64,000 nucleotides of DNA from a virus (taxonomy: Duplodnaviria; Caudoviricetes): IMG/VR virus record IMGVR_UViG_2690315872_000001, positions 27,292 through 91,291 of that record; one strand, 5' to 3'. The notes under the pieces were generated by a model that was given only the letters and a program-made list of their open reading frames with translations, ran no database searches and was not told the origin of the DNA. Shown here in pieces: positions 55,558 through 64,000 of the stretch (within the stretch, counting starts at the first letter, position 1; each line of letters starts with the position of its first letter). A program made the position numbers and the translations under genes.

Positions 55558-56056
55558 ACCCATCCCCACCGGGCCCGCGTTCAGCGCGCGCCTGCACGAC
55601 GCCCTCGCCGTCCTGGGCGAACCCGTCACCACCCCCGAGCAGCGCCACGGCGGGTGGCTGCTCGGCCTGGAACGCGCCGCTGACCAGATCCGCACCGGCA
55701 TCACCGGCAGGCACGCCTGGGCCATCGCGCGGGACGTCGTTCAGCGCGCTGCGACCGACCCACGCCAGTCGCCCGAAGACCGCGCCACGATCCAGGAAAC
55801 CGCGAACGTCCTGGCCGACGCCGTGACGATCCTCGAAGCGGACGGCACCCCGACCCTGCAGTACGAGCACATCGACCTGGCGTACAACGCCCTCGTGTGC
55901 GCCCTGGAAGACGCGCAGACGCAGTGCAAGCCCGTGGCCGGCCGCTCGACCCTGGAACTACTGCTCGCCGTCGGGCACGCCGCGATCACGCTGCTGCACG
56001 TCATGGACAGCGTCCCCGAACTGGAAGCGCCGGACCCGACTGGGGTGTCCGCGTGA
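55544..56056 (+). CDS. Hypothetical protein
   Basis: GGAG RBS. Confidence 0.55.
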   Translation: MNPTEPIPTGPAFSARLHDALAVLGEPVTTPEQRHGGWLLGLERAADQIRTGITGRHAWAIARDVVQRAATDPRQSPEDRATIQETANVLADAVTILEADGTPTLQYEHIDLAYNALVCALEDAQTQCKPVAGRSTLELLLAVGHAAITLLHVMDSVPELEAPDPTGVSA

Positions 56057-56436
56057 CCGCCCAGCGGCAGGACGACCCACAGACGGTCACGTCCCTGTGC
56101 CGCACGATGCTCGGCTGCCTGTGCGTCACGCTCCGCCTCCCGCACCTCGACGACCAGGAGCTGGGACCGATCTGGAGTGCCGCGAAGCTCGCCCGGATCC
56201 GGGACGACCTGGAAGTCATCGACCTGACCGGCGCGCCGTACGACGCGCCCCGCGAGGACCTCGAACTGATCCTGCTGAGTCTGGTCGCCACGCAGCGCCT
56301 GCTCGACAGGGGTGTCGTGTTCGAAGGCCCGCCTGACCTGCTGGAGGCCATCACGCCCGAGCGGGTGCAGGTGACCACGCGGCACGTCATGGACGTGCTC
56401 GACCGGCCCCCCACCTTCAAAGTCCACACCGCGTGA
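56053..56436 (+). CDS. Hypothetical protein
   Basis: Coupled GTG start. Confidence 0.55.
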   Translation: MTAQRQDDPQTVTSLCRTMLGCLCVTLRLPHLDDQELGPIWSAAKLARIRDDLEVIDLTGAPYDAPREDLELILLSLVATQRLLDRGVVFEGPPDLLEAITPERVQVTTRHVMDVLDRPPTFKVHTA

Positions 56437-56474
56437 ATTCGTGGAGCTGGCTTCACGAGAAGAGGTGACCCCAC

Positions 56475-57263
56475 ATGACCGACCCCCTGCAGACGTTCAC
56501 GTTCGGGCTGTTCGACCTGCGCCTTCACCTGCGCGACGGGCAGCCGTGGTTTCTCCTCGGGGACGTGTGCCGCGCCCTGAACCTCAGCAATCCCAGCATG
56601 GTCGCGCAGCGGCTCCAGCCCCACCAACGGTCTAAGCTGAGCTTAGGTCGTCAGGGGGACGCGCTGATCATCAACGAGAGCGGCCTGTACCGCGTCGTGA
56701 TGCGCAGCGACTCCCCGCAGGCCGAACCGTTCCAGGTGTGGGTGACCGAAGACGTCCTCCCCAGCATCCGGCAGACCGGGCAGTACGCTGTCACGCCCAG
56801 CCAGGAGATCGACCCGCTGACGTTCGCGGAGCGGTACGTGGAGGCGGAGAAGGCCCGCCGGGCCCTGCTGGAGGAGAACGCCATCCTGGCCCCGCAGGCC
56901 CAGCAGTTCCAGGCGCTGATGTCCGCGGACGGCACGTACAGCATGGACGCCGCCGCGAAGATCCTCGGGAGCGGGGAGAAACGCCTGTTCCAGTTGCTGC
57001 GTGACCGGCAGATCCTGATGGACCGCAACCGCAGCGGCCCGGAGAACCACAACATCCCGTACCAGCAGTACCTGGAACGCGAGTACTTCAGGGTCACGAC
57101 GAGCGCCGCGCCGGACGGGAAGCACATCTCCCGCACGACCCGCGTCACCCCGAAGGGCCTGGCGTGGCTGGAGCGGCAGATGCGATCCCAGCGGCTCCTG
57201 CCCGCGCCCCCGCCTCAGGGCACGCCAGTCGGAGCCCGTGCCCTGCCGGGAGCTGACCGGTGA
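56475..57263 (+). CDS. Phage antirepressor (BRO-N plus KilAC/ANT domain)
   Basis: GQPWF...DVCRAL.LSN, INESGLY.....S..P.A..F..WVT.DVLPSIRQTGQY, and C-terminal PYQQY...YF...TRVTPKG. Confidence 0.92.
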   Translation: MTDPLQTFTFGLFDLRLHLRDGQPWFLLGDVCRALNLSNPSMVAQRLQPHQRSKLSLGRQGDALIINESGLYRVVMRSDSPQAEPFQVWVTEDVLPSIRQTGQYAVTPSQEIDPLTFAERYVEAEKARRALLEENAILAPQAQQFQALMSADGTYSMDAAAKILGSGEKRLFQLLRDRQILMDRNRSGPENHNIPYQQYLEREYFRVTTSAAPDGKHISRTTRVTPKGLAWLERQMRSQRLLPAPPPQGTPVGARALPGADR

Positions 57264-57826
57264 CCGCGCAGCTGGCCGCGACACTCGCCGGACTGTTCCG
57301 CGCGAGCCGCAGTGACGGCCGTCAGCGGTCGCGCGTGCTCAGCAAGGGCCTGGAGGTCCGGGTGGGTACCGCGGACGGGGACGTGATCTACCTGAGCCGC
57401 AAGGACGGCCAGGCCAGTCAGGACGAGGCCGCGATCGTCGCGCAGGCGGCCGGGTGGGTGCTGTTCGACACGGAGCTGGAGTCCTGGAACGGCACCCGGT
57501 ACCTGCTCATCCGCCCCAGCGGCAGCCTCGAGGAGGACATCGACGACCCGCCGCTCGTGAGGGAGGACCCACCGCCCTCGCCCGCCCCTGCGACCGGCAG
57601 GGACGCCGCTCCGGACGAGGAGGCCGAGAAGGCCCTCGACGCCCGGATCCGCGCGGCGCTGCTCGGCGACGGGCCGTGGCAGAACCCGACGTTCACGCCG
57701 AGCATGACGTCGATCCGGCAGGGGGCCATCAAGGACATGAAGCGCCAAGACCTGCGGGATGAACTGGCGTGGATCCGGCGGAACTGGCCAGACGCGGCCG
57801 CACGCGCGATGGGGGATGTTGCATGA
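57260..57826 (+). CDS. Hypothetical protein
   Basis: Coupled GTG start. Confidence 0.55.
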   Translation: MTAQLAATLAGLFRASRSDGRQRSRVLSKGLEVRVGTADGDVIYLSRKDGQASQDEAAIVAQAAGWVLFDTELESWNGTRYLLIRPSGSLEEDIDDPPLVREDPPPSPAPATGRDAAPDEEAEKALDARIRAALLGDGPWQNPTFTPSMTSIRQGAIKDMKRQDLRDELAWIRRNWPDAAARAMGDVA

Positions 57827-58071
57827 CGTGATCGGGGTATGCGCTACACTGCGACCATCCCCGGAGATCACCGAGCAATTGATCAAAAGGGAAACCCCCC
57901 TCCGCGAGAGCCTGCCAGCTCGTAGTTCGCAGAAAGGGAGCACCGTCTTTCTCGATTTTAGTCCGCTTACGCGGGCGGCTTATCGCCTGTTCACAGGATA
58001 CGCGCCCTGTGGACTCCGGTCAATCATGACCGGGCGGGCTCACATGCCCAGGAGCGCCTCATTGGAGAAGT

Positions 58072-59688
58072 GTGAACACGTCCAGCAAGAAGGGGATGAC
58101 CCCAGCAGTCGAGGCGATCAGCCGGCTTCACATCACCGGCAACGTCACACCACACGTCTGGTACCAGCGCACCGAGTTCCGCACGAGCAACAACCGCCCC
58201 GACCGGGACATGATCACCGCCCTCGCGGACATCATGTACTGGTACCGCCCCCGCGAAGTGCGTGATGAGGACACGGGTGAGTTCGTCGCCTTCGAACGGA
58301 AGTTCGAGCGGGACATGCTTCAGTACGACTACGCTCGCCGCGGCGCCATTTTCGGCATGTCCTGGCGTCAGATGTCCGAAGCCTGCAAGAAGCTGAGTCG
58401 CGCTGGCCTGATCCGCATCGAGTACCGCACGCTGACCTTCAAGGGTCGCGCGCAGAACAACGTGGTGTTCATCGAGCCGGTCGCTGAGGCCATCGCGGCG
58501 ACCCTCACGCAGCCGAACGCGGAGGTCAAGGCGTACGGCAAGGGCGCCAAGCGCGGCATGCACGCCCGCAAGGCCGACGCCGGTCAGTACGAACCCCTGG
58601 ACGGCATTGACGGTCAGGGCGACGACGAAACGGACGGCAGCCCCGAACTGGTGGAGCAGGCTGAGGGTCAGGCGGACGAGCAGACCGACACCCCCCTCCT
58701 CCAAAATTTTGGGACAGGGGGGGAAGACCCCTCCTCCAAAATTTTGGGACACCCCTCCTCCAAAATTTTGGGAGAGGGTACTCCAAAATTTTGGGAGACG
58801 AATAACGAGACTTCATCCGATATTTCTTCCAACAGAGATTTCAATTCATCCATCATCACTGGTACGGAACTGGAGGCCAGCCCGGCGGATGATGATGGAC
58901 CTCTGACGCCTGACGGCGAACAGCAGGGCCCCGTCACCTCCGAACCATCGGCGGACGACGATGACCTGCCCTTCTTCACTGGAGTCGGGTCACACGTGGA
59001 AGGCACGAAACTGACGCAGCCCACGGAAGTGCCAGATGTTCCGCCGGCCGCGCCCGCCCCTGTGGATAACGCTGTGGATGAAACCTGGGCGATCCTGGCC
59101 CTGCAGCCGATCCCGCTGGCCACGCTGGCCGCCCGCCCGGCGCGTGACCCGTCCCAGATGCGGCAACTGCGGGCACTGATGCAGGCCACGAACCCCAAGC
59201 GCCTGGGGCACCTCCAGGAGCAGCTGGCCCTCACGCTGCCCGGCGGGGTCAGCCGCCAGTACCTGACCCGCCTGACTGACGAGGAAGTCGCCGCCGCCGC
59301 GAAGGCCGCCAGTCATGACGCGACGCGCGTCAAGGGCGGCATGGGCAGCGCCGGGTACCACGCCCTCGACCGCCTGCTCGGCAAGGAGTTCACCGTGGAG
59401 ATGCTCAGCGGCCAGCCCGCCGCGCCCCGCGCCAGCACCGAGGCGCCCACGCACCGCAGCCACCAGGTCGCGAACACCGGGCGGATCGCGGACGACACCC
59501 CGCCCGTCGAGGAAGCCGACGGGGCCATGCAGCCCGGCCGGCAGTGGCAGCACAAGAAGAGCGGGGAGGTCGTCGTGATCGCCGCCGTCGAGGGCTCAGA
59601 GGTCGTCCTGACGGACGGCGCGCGGCACTCCATGGCGAAGTTCGTCACGACCTTCAAGCGCGCCGTGAGCGCCCAGGCGGCCAGCTGA
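58072..59688 (+). CDS. Phage replication initiator (lambda O / DnaD-N-like wHTH) with internal origin
   Basis: GNV.P..WY....LADIMYWYRP wHTH N-terminus; iterons and an AT-rich tract inside the gene. Confidence 0.8.
   Translation: MNTSSKKGMTPAVEAISRLHITGNVTPHVWYQRTEFRTSNNRPDRDMITALADIMYWYRPREVRDEDTGEFVAFERKFERDMLQYDYARRGAIFGMSWRQMSEACKKLSRAGLIRIEYRTLTFKGRAQNNVVFIEPVAEAIAATLTQPNAEVKAYGKGAKRGMHARKADAGQYEPLDGIDGQGDDETDGSPELVEQAEGQADEQTDTPLLQNFGTGGEDPSSKILGHPSSKILGEGTPKFWETNNETSSDISSNRDFNSSIITGTELEASPADDDGPLTPDGEQQGPVTSEPSADDDDLPFFTGVGSHVEGTKLTQPTEVPDVPPAAPAPVDNAVDETWAILALQPIPLATLAARPARDPSQMRQLRALMQATNPKRLGHLQEQLALTLPGGVSRQYLTRLTDEEVAAAAKAASHDATRVKGGMGSAGYHALDRLLGKEFTVEMLSGQPAAPRASTEAPTHRSHQVANTGRIADDTPPVEEADGAMQPGRQWQHKKSGEVVVIAAVEGSEVVLTDGARHSMAKFVTTFKRAVSAQAAS
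58699..58860. repeat. Replication origin: four iterons plus AT-rich tract
   Basis: CTCCAAAATTTTGGGA at 58699, 58734, 58758 and 58781; AT-rich 58801-58860. Confidence 0.85.
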
Positions 59689-59888
59689 TGCCCCGCCGCC
59701 AGCCCGTCCCGAAGTACGTCGACGAGATCCCCGCCCACCTCGCGACGCTCGACCTGCTCAGCGACCTGGGCCTCAAGCCAGGGCATGCCCAGCCCGTCGC
59801 CCTCGTCGAGCTCAACACGCGAGACTGCCAGCGACTCACCGGCCTGTTCGAACGCGCCCAGGCCGTCCCGAAGGAGGACACCCCGTGA
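59688..59888 (+). CDS. Small hypothetical protein
   Basis: ATG overlaps the rep stop codon. Confidence 0.55.
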   Translation: MPRRQPVPKYVDEIPAHLATLDLLSDLGLKPGHAQPVALVELNTRDCQRLTGLFERAQAVPKEDTP

Positions 59889-60427
59889 CCAGCCCCACCC
59901 CGCACGCCGCTGTGGTCGCCCTGACCGGCTGGCCCACGGTGACCGACACCGGCATCCTCATCCAGGGCGTGCACGTCCGCACCTCCTGGCGTCCCGGCCA
60001 GACGCCCCGGCGGGTCACCGTCCGGGCGTTCCCGGAGACCACACCGGGCGGTACCCTGCGCCGCCTGTACGCCCCGAAGGGCAACGTGCGCGCCGCCCGC
60101 TGCCCGAACGGCACGGACGTCCTGATCGTCGGGCAGCTCCTGAAACTCGACCGGGCGGAGGGCATCATCCGCGTGAAGGTCGCGCCGTCCAAGGCGAACA
60201 CCATGCCGTTCTCCGTCACGCTGCAGGCGTCCCGGGAGGTGCTCGCCCTGGATCCCGGGACGTTCAGCGTGGAAGTGCGCGGCCGCGTCATGAGCCTCGG
60301 CGCGGGCGTCCTGCTGGCCGATCAGGTGCAGCCCGTGTTCGCGCCCATCCCGGACCGCTGGCACCGCGTGCGGGCCACCGCGTACCGCCGCGCAGCGCCG
60401 CAGGTCCTCACGCCGACACTCTGCTGA
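59885..60427 (+). CDS. Hypothetical beta-rich protein
   Basis: AGGAGG RBS. Confidence 0.55.
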   Translation: MTSPTPHAAVVALTGWPTVTDTGILIQGVHVRTSWRPGQTPRRVTVRAFPETTPGGTLRRLYAPKGNVRAARCPNGTDVLIVGQLLKLDRAEGIIRVKVAPSKANTMPFSVTLQASREVLALDPGTFSVEVRGRVMSLGAGVLLADQVQPVFAPIPDRWHRVRATAYRRAAPQVLTPTLC

Positions 60428-60529
60428 CTGCTGACATTCAGGCAACAGGCTGTTGCCCGATCTGCCTCTCCCCTGCCCGCCCGTGACCGCCTGGTCCGGG
60501 CGGGCTGCGCTGCGCCGTGAGGACCCACC

Positions 60530-60724
60530 ATGACCGACATCAGGACGTCCGCTGACCGTGACCGCACCCCCACCCTGACCGCCCTGGCGGAAGCGCAGGC
60601 GGAACTGGACCAGTACGGGCCGGACGCGCCCGGCGCGCAGCAGCGCGTGCAGGCCGCCACGCGCCGAACCCGGCGCCCCATCGACATGGACGACATCCTC
60701 CGCGCCTTCGGGTGCGACGTGTGA
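60530..60724 (+). CDS. Small hypothetical protein
   Basis: GAGG RBS. Confidence 0.5.
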   Translation: MTDIRTSADRDRTPTLTALAEAQAELDQYGPDAPGAQQRVQAATRRTRRPIDMDDILRAFGCDV

Positions 60725-60728
60725 CGCC

Positions 60729-61139
60729 ATGCTCGACGAGCTGTACATCTGCGCGGACGACCGCCCGCCCGTCACGCTCCGCGTCCTGATCGCCCACGCC
60801 ACCGAGGTCCTCCGCAGCAGCCCTGCGGTGTACCCCATCCTCGACGCCCTGCCGGACTTCGCGCGGACCGCCCGGGCACTGCTCGACGCGCTCGACGAGG
60901 ACATCACCGACCTGCACCGTGCCGCGCAGGAGTTCGCCGTGACGTGCCTGCGCGCCGCCCGGCACCGGCGGCCCGGGCAGGACAAGCAGGCCACCACCCG
61001 CGCCCGCGACCGCCTCGAGGAGATCCGGCAGGCCCGCGAGAACCAGCGGGCCCTGACCGAACTGCGCCGCAAGACCACGCAACGCAAGACCCAACCCACC
61101 CCCGCGCCGAGCATGCCGCTGCTCCTGGAGGTCCCATGA
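60729..61139 (+). CDS. Hypothetical protein
   Basis: ORF in the operon. Confidence 0.55.
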   Translation: MLDELYICADDRPPVTLRVLIAHATEVLRSSPAVYPILDALPDFARTARALLDALDEDITDLHRAAQEFAVTCLRAARHRRPGQDKQATTRARDRLEEIRQARENQRALTELRRKTTQRKTQPTPAPSMPLLLEVP

Positions 61140-61609
61140 CCGCACCCGCCCCCCGCACCCACGTGTACCACCACGCCGTTCCCGGCCCCGAGCTGCGCGA
61201 CCCGTTCACCGTCACGCACGGGTACGTGATCGTCACCGGCATCGACCCCCGCATGAGCGTCACCATTCCCAGGGGCGGCACGTGGCCGGGCCTGGACGCC
61301 CTGCCGACCGTCATCGCCGCGCGTCTCAGCGCCACGGACAGCAGCGTCACGCCCGGCACCACGTGGCACCCCGGCGCGAGTGACGAGCAGATCGCCGCCG
61401 GGTGCGCGCTGGCCACCGCGACGCTCCTGCGGACCCTGACGAACACCGACGCGTTCGACCTGCTCGCCGAACTGAACTGCCCGCCCGAAGGACTCAACCA
61501 GTCCACGCTCGGGCAGCTCGTGGGCAGTACCCGTGAGACCGTCGCGAAGATCATCAAACCCTGGCGTGAAGCGCGCACTGACGTCAGTGCGCGGGTGCCC
61601 CATGCCTGA
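61136..61609 (+). CDS. Protein with C-terminal Crp-type HTH
   Basis: LNQSTLGQLVGSTRETVAKII. Confidence 0.7.
   Translation: MTAPAPRTHVYHHAVPGPELRDPFTVTHGYVIVTGIDPRMSVTIPRGGTWPGLDALPTVIAARLSATDSSVTPGTTWHPGASDEQIAAGCALATATLLRTLTNTDAFDLLAELNCPPEGLNQSTLGQLVGSTRETVAKIIKPWREARTDVSARVPHA
61572..61593. repeat. parS-candidate palindrome, copy 4
   Basis: CGCGCACTGACGTCAGTGCGCG. Confidence 0.65.
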
Positions 61610-61964
61610 GCGGACCACCACCGTGCGCCTCACGCCGGACGAGGCGCTAATCGTCGAGCGGGCCCTGGACCTGTACGGCCGCCTGCAGATGGGCCAGTTG
61701 CCCGAGGTGGCCGGGCACACCCGGCGGGCCGACATGACCATCGAGGGCCGCCACGCGTTCCAGGAGGCCCTGCGGGACCTCAACCATCACGTGACCGGGC
61801 TGCCCACCCGCCCGCACGCCTCCCGGTACCCGGACGAGCAGGCCCGCACCACCGGCGAGAGCGCCATCCGCCTGTTCGAACACCTCCGCTACGCCCGCAC
61901 CGCCGACCGGTACAGCCAACCCCTCGCGTACGACGTGACCCTCGTCACCCGGGAGCAGCCGTGA
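61602..61964 (+). CDS. Hypothetical protein
   Basis: Overlapping start; ALDLYGRLQMGQL loosely resembles the product of 53820-54332. Confidence 0.55.
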   Translation: MPERTTTVRLTPDEALIVERALDLYGRLQMGQLPEVAGHTRRADMTIEGRHAFQEALRDLNHHVTGLPTRPHASRYPDEQARTTGESAIRLFEHLRYARTADRYSQPLAYDVTLVTREQP

Positions 61965-62221
61965 AACTCGTCACGGCCCGAGTCCCCGCGCACGCCATGG
62001 CGGACCTCACCGCGCAGGAACGGGACGTCATGCAGGACATCCTCCGCAAACGCGTCGCGCGCGACCTGCCCGTCACCTTCGAAGGCGGGGCGCTGGAGGT
62101 CAGCGTCCTCCCCTGCACCGCCGCGCAGCACCAGGCCCTCGCCGCGCACCTCGCGCACCTGCGCGCCCTGAAGACCCGCACGCCCGCCGACACCGCCCTC
62201 CTCGCCGCCTTCGGAGGCTGA
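61961..62221 (+). CDS. Hypothetical protein
   Basis: GGAG RBS; coupled. Confidence 0.5.
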   Translation: MKLVTARVPAHAMADLTAQERDVMQDILRKRVARDLPVTFEGGALEVSVLPCTAAQHQALAAHLAHLRALKTRTPADTALLAAFGG

Positions 62222-62222
62222 C

Positions 62223-62483
62223 ATGGAACTGCCCACCCTGCTGATCGTCGCCCTGATCGCGTCCATCCACCTCAACGCCGTCCTCATCGTCGCCGTGATC
62301 ACCGTCCGCGCGCAGCGGCGCGAGCTGCTCAGCCGCAAGCTGACCCTCCACCAGCAGGTCACCGTGGACCTCCTGCGCAGCACCGTCGGGAAGTACGGCC
62401 CGCAGGCGCTGGAGCCCGGCAACGTCCACGCGGCGCAGCAGGCCGCCACGCTCGTCCTCCAGGCCCAGCGGGACCCCGCGTGA
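62223..62483 (+). CDS. Small membrane-anchored protein
   Basis: GGAGG RBS; N-terminal TM helix. Confidence 0.55.
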   Translation: MELPTLLIVALIASIHLNAVLIVAVITVRAQRRELLSRKLTLHQQVTVDLLRSTVGKYGPQALEPGNVHAAQQAATLVLQAQRDPA

Positions 62484-62728
62484 CCTGGCCGGACGTCCGG
62501 CGCGCCCTGCGCCGCATCCCCTGGACGCAGCCCGTCCCCAGCCGCGCCACGCCCACCGCGCGCCTCACCGTGCAGCTGCGCGTGCCCGCCTGCGCGCACC
62601 TCCTCGACGGGAACGCCGCCCGCTGGCGGGTCAACGGCACACCCCCGCCCCGCCTGCAGGCCTTCACGCATCACGACGGCGCGGACTTCCTCACCCTGCC
62701 CCTCTGGCCGAACGGAGCACCCACTTGA
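62480..62728 (+). CDS. Hypothetical protein
   Basis: Coupled. Confidence 0.45.
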   Translation: MTWPDVRRALRRIPWTQPVPSRATPTARLTVQLRVPACAHLLDGNAARWRVNGTPPPRLQAFTHHDGADFLTLPLWPNGAPT

Positions 62729-62997
62729 GTCACGAGCACGACCCCCTCCTCCTCGAAGCCGTCCTCCTCAGCGCCCTCCAGACGCCCTGCGGCATCACCG
62801 GCGCGACCGCCCGCGCGCGCAGCCGCACCCCGCAGCCCCTGCGCGCCCTGGACAGCGACGTGACCGTCCGGCACGCCCTGCACCGCTACCACCGCGAAGG
62901 ATGGATCCGCGAAGGCGACCCCGGCCGCTTCGAACTCACCGGCCTGGGTGAACAGCGCCTGCTGTGGCACCAGCAGATGACCCGCATCGCCCCGTGA
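62725..62997 (+). CDS. Small wHTH (PadR-like) protein
   Basis: TVRHALHRYHREGWI......FELTGLGEQRL. Confidence 0.55.
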   Translation: MSHEHDPLLLEAVLLSALQTPCGITGATARARSRTPQPLRALDSDVTVRHALHRYHREGWIREGDPGRFELTGLGEQRLLWHQQMTRIAP

Positions 62998-63413
62998 GCC
63001 GCGACGACCGCTGGCTCGCCGAGTACCGGCGCCGCCACCCCCACCTGTTCCCCGACGAACCCACCCCCACCCCCGGGCCCGCCCCGCCCCGCACCAACGG
63101 GTACGAGAACGAAGCGGCGTTCCAGGCCGACGCCGTACGGACCCTGTGCGGACTCGGGTGGAGCGTGCAGGAGAACCTGAAAGGCAGCGCCGGGAACGGC
63201 CCCGTCTACTACGGGAAAGGCTGGCCGGACCTCGACATCTACATGGAGGACGGCCGCCGCCGGATCTGGTACGCCGAACTCAAACAACCCGGCAACAAGC
63301 CCACCGACGATCAGCTCGCCTGCCACGCCCGGCTGCGCCGCGCGGGCTTCCGCGTGATCGTCGCGTACACCCTGGACGACCTGCTGACCGCCCAACGGGA
63401 GGAACGACTCTGA
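62994..63413 (+). CDS. VRR-NUC domain nuclease
   Basis: EAAFQ, GWPDL, AELK.PG.KPT.DQ...H..L..AGF.V.V motifs. Confidence 0.88.
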   Translation: MSRDDRWLAEYRRRHPHLFPDEPTPTPGPAPPRTNGYENEAAFQADAVRTLCGLGWSVQENLKGSAGNGPVYYGKGWPDLDIYMEDGRRRIWYAELKQPGNKPTDDQLACHARLRRAGFRVIVAYTLDDLLTAQREERL

Positions 63414-63700
63414 GCACCCACCCTGCCGACCGCGCCCGGCACACCCTGATGCGCCTGCGCACCCGCTACGGCATCTTCGCGACCCACCGCGACTACACGT
63501 ACCTCTGCCAGCGCATCCACCAGGACCTCCACGAGGACCGCCTGCTCACGTACCCCGCCCAGGGCAACCGACTGTTCGTGCATGTCCCCTGGCGCGGCCA
63601 GATCCTCCGCGTCATCTGGTGCCCCATCACCCGCCTGATCATCACCGCCCACCACCCCGAAGCCCGCTGGCACAAGCGCCGGCGCAAAGGACCCCGATGA
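63410..63700 (+). CDS. Hypothetical protein
   Basis: H...RLRTRYG pattern; start uncertain (CTG at 63410 or a downstream ATG). Confidence 0.5.
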   Translation: MSTHPADRARHTLMRLRTRYGIFATHRDYTYLCQRIHQDLHEDRLLTYPAQGNRLFVHVPWRGQILRVIWCPITRLIITAHHPEARWHKRRRKGPR

Positions 63701-63918
63701 AGAAAACCCTCCTGCTGATCGCCACACTGTCCCTCGTCGCCTGCAGCGGCCAGGACAACAGCGCAGTCGACACCGCCAAGGCCGCCCAGAACCTCACGTA
63801 CTTCCAGGACACCCACGGCAACTGCTTCGCCGCCCTGAACAGCGGATCTCGCGACGGCTGGCTCATCACCAGCATCACCACAGTGCCCTGCGACCGCACC
63901 CCAGGCGGTGGCCTGTGA
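63697..63918 (+). CDS. Small lipoprotein
   Basis: MKK plus hydrophobic stretch and lipobox LVAC; YFQD..GNCFA...VPC. Confidence 0.7.
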   Translation: MKKTLLLIATLSLVACSGQDNSAVDTAKAAQNLTYFQDTHGNCFAALNSGSRDGWLITSITTVPCDRTPGGGL

Positions 63919-64000
63919 AGCCCGCCGTGCTGCACCTGACTGCCGCCCTTGCCAGGGGTGCAGTGAAGACCCAGGACAAACCCCTCGACCGCCCGGGACG

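Noticed and set aside
58699-58796. CRISPR-like reading of the 16-bp repeats
   Set aside because: Spacers are only 7-19 bp, the repeats lie inside the rep ORF, and no cas genes are present; iterons fit better.

Overview
This GC-rich window (about 70% GC by eye) reads as most of a temperate tailed phage that probably replicates as a plasmid (phage-plasmid). The likely host is Deinococcus, inferred from the GC content, an NHAGGAGKT-type ParA, and many leaderless genes with a TANNNT -10 box 6-7 nt before the start codon. From left to right it carries: a tail module (tape measure, tail proteins, SGNH-hydrolase fibre); an XRE plus metallopeptidase-lipoprotein insert; a lysis cassette (GH19 endolysin with holin- and spanin-like genes); an MmeI-like restriction-modification gene; a plasmid-maintenance block (tyrosine recombinase, Replic_Relax-like pair, parAB); a long leftward early operon; the immunity region; a second tyrosine recombinase; and a rightward early operon (antirepressor, lambda-O-like initiator with internal iterons, VRR-NUC). 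Three things stand out. (1) A TPR-like protein is translationally coupled to a 54-aa secreted propeptide ending in DDTCLGC. The pair sits inside the lysis-lysogeny switch and converges on the repressor gene, which suggests an arbitrium/RRNPP-like peptide communication system outside Firmicutes. (2) A roughly 1.6-kb hairpin-dense region after cro lacks a credible long gene and holds two tRNA-like elements without anticodon arms plus several Shine-Dalgarno-led minigenes. (3) A dispersed palindrome, GCACTGACGTCAGTGC, is a candidate parS. All family assignments come from motif recognition by eye, not database searches.
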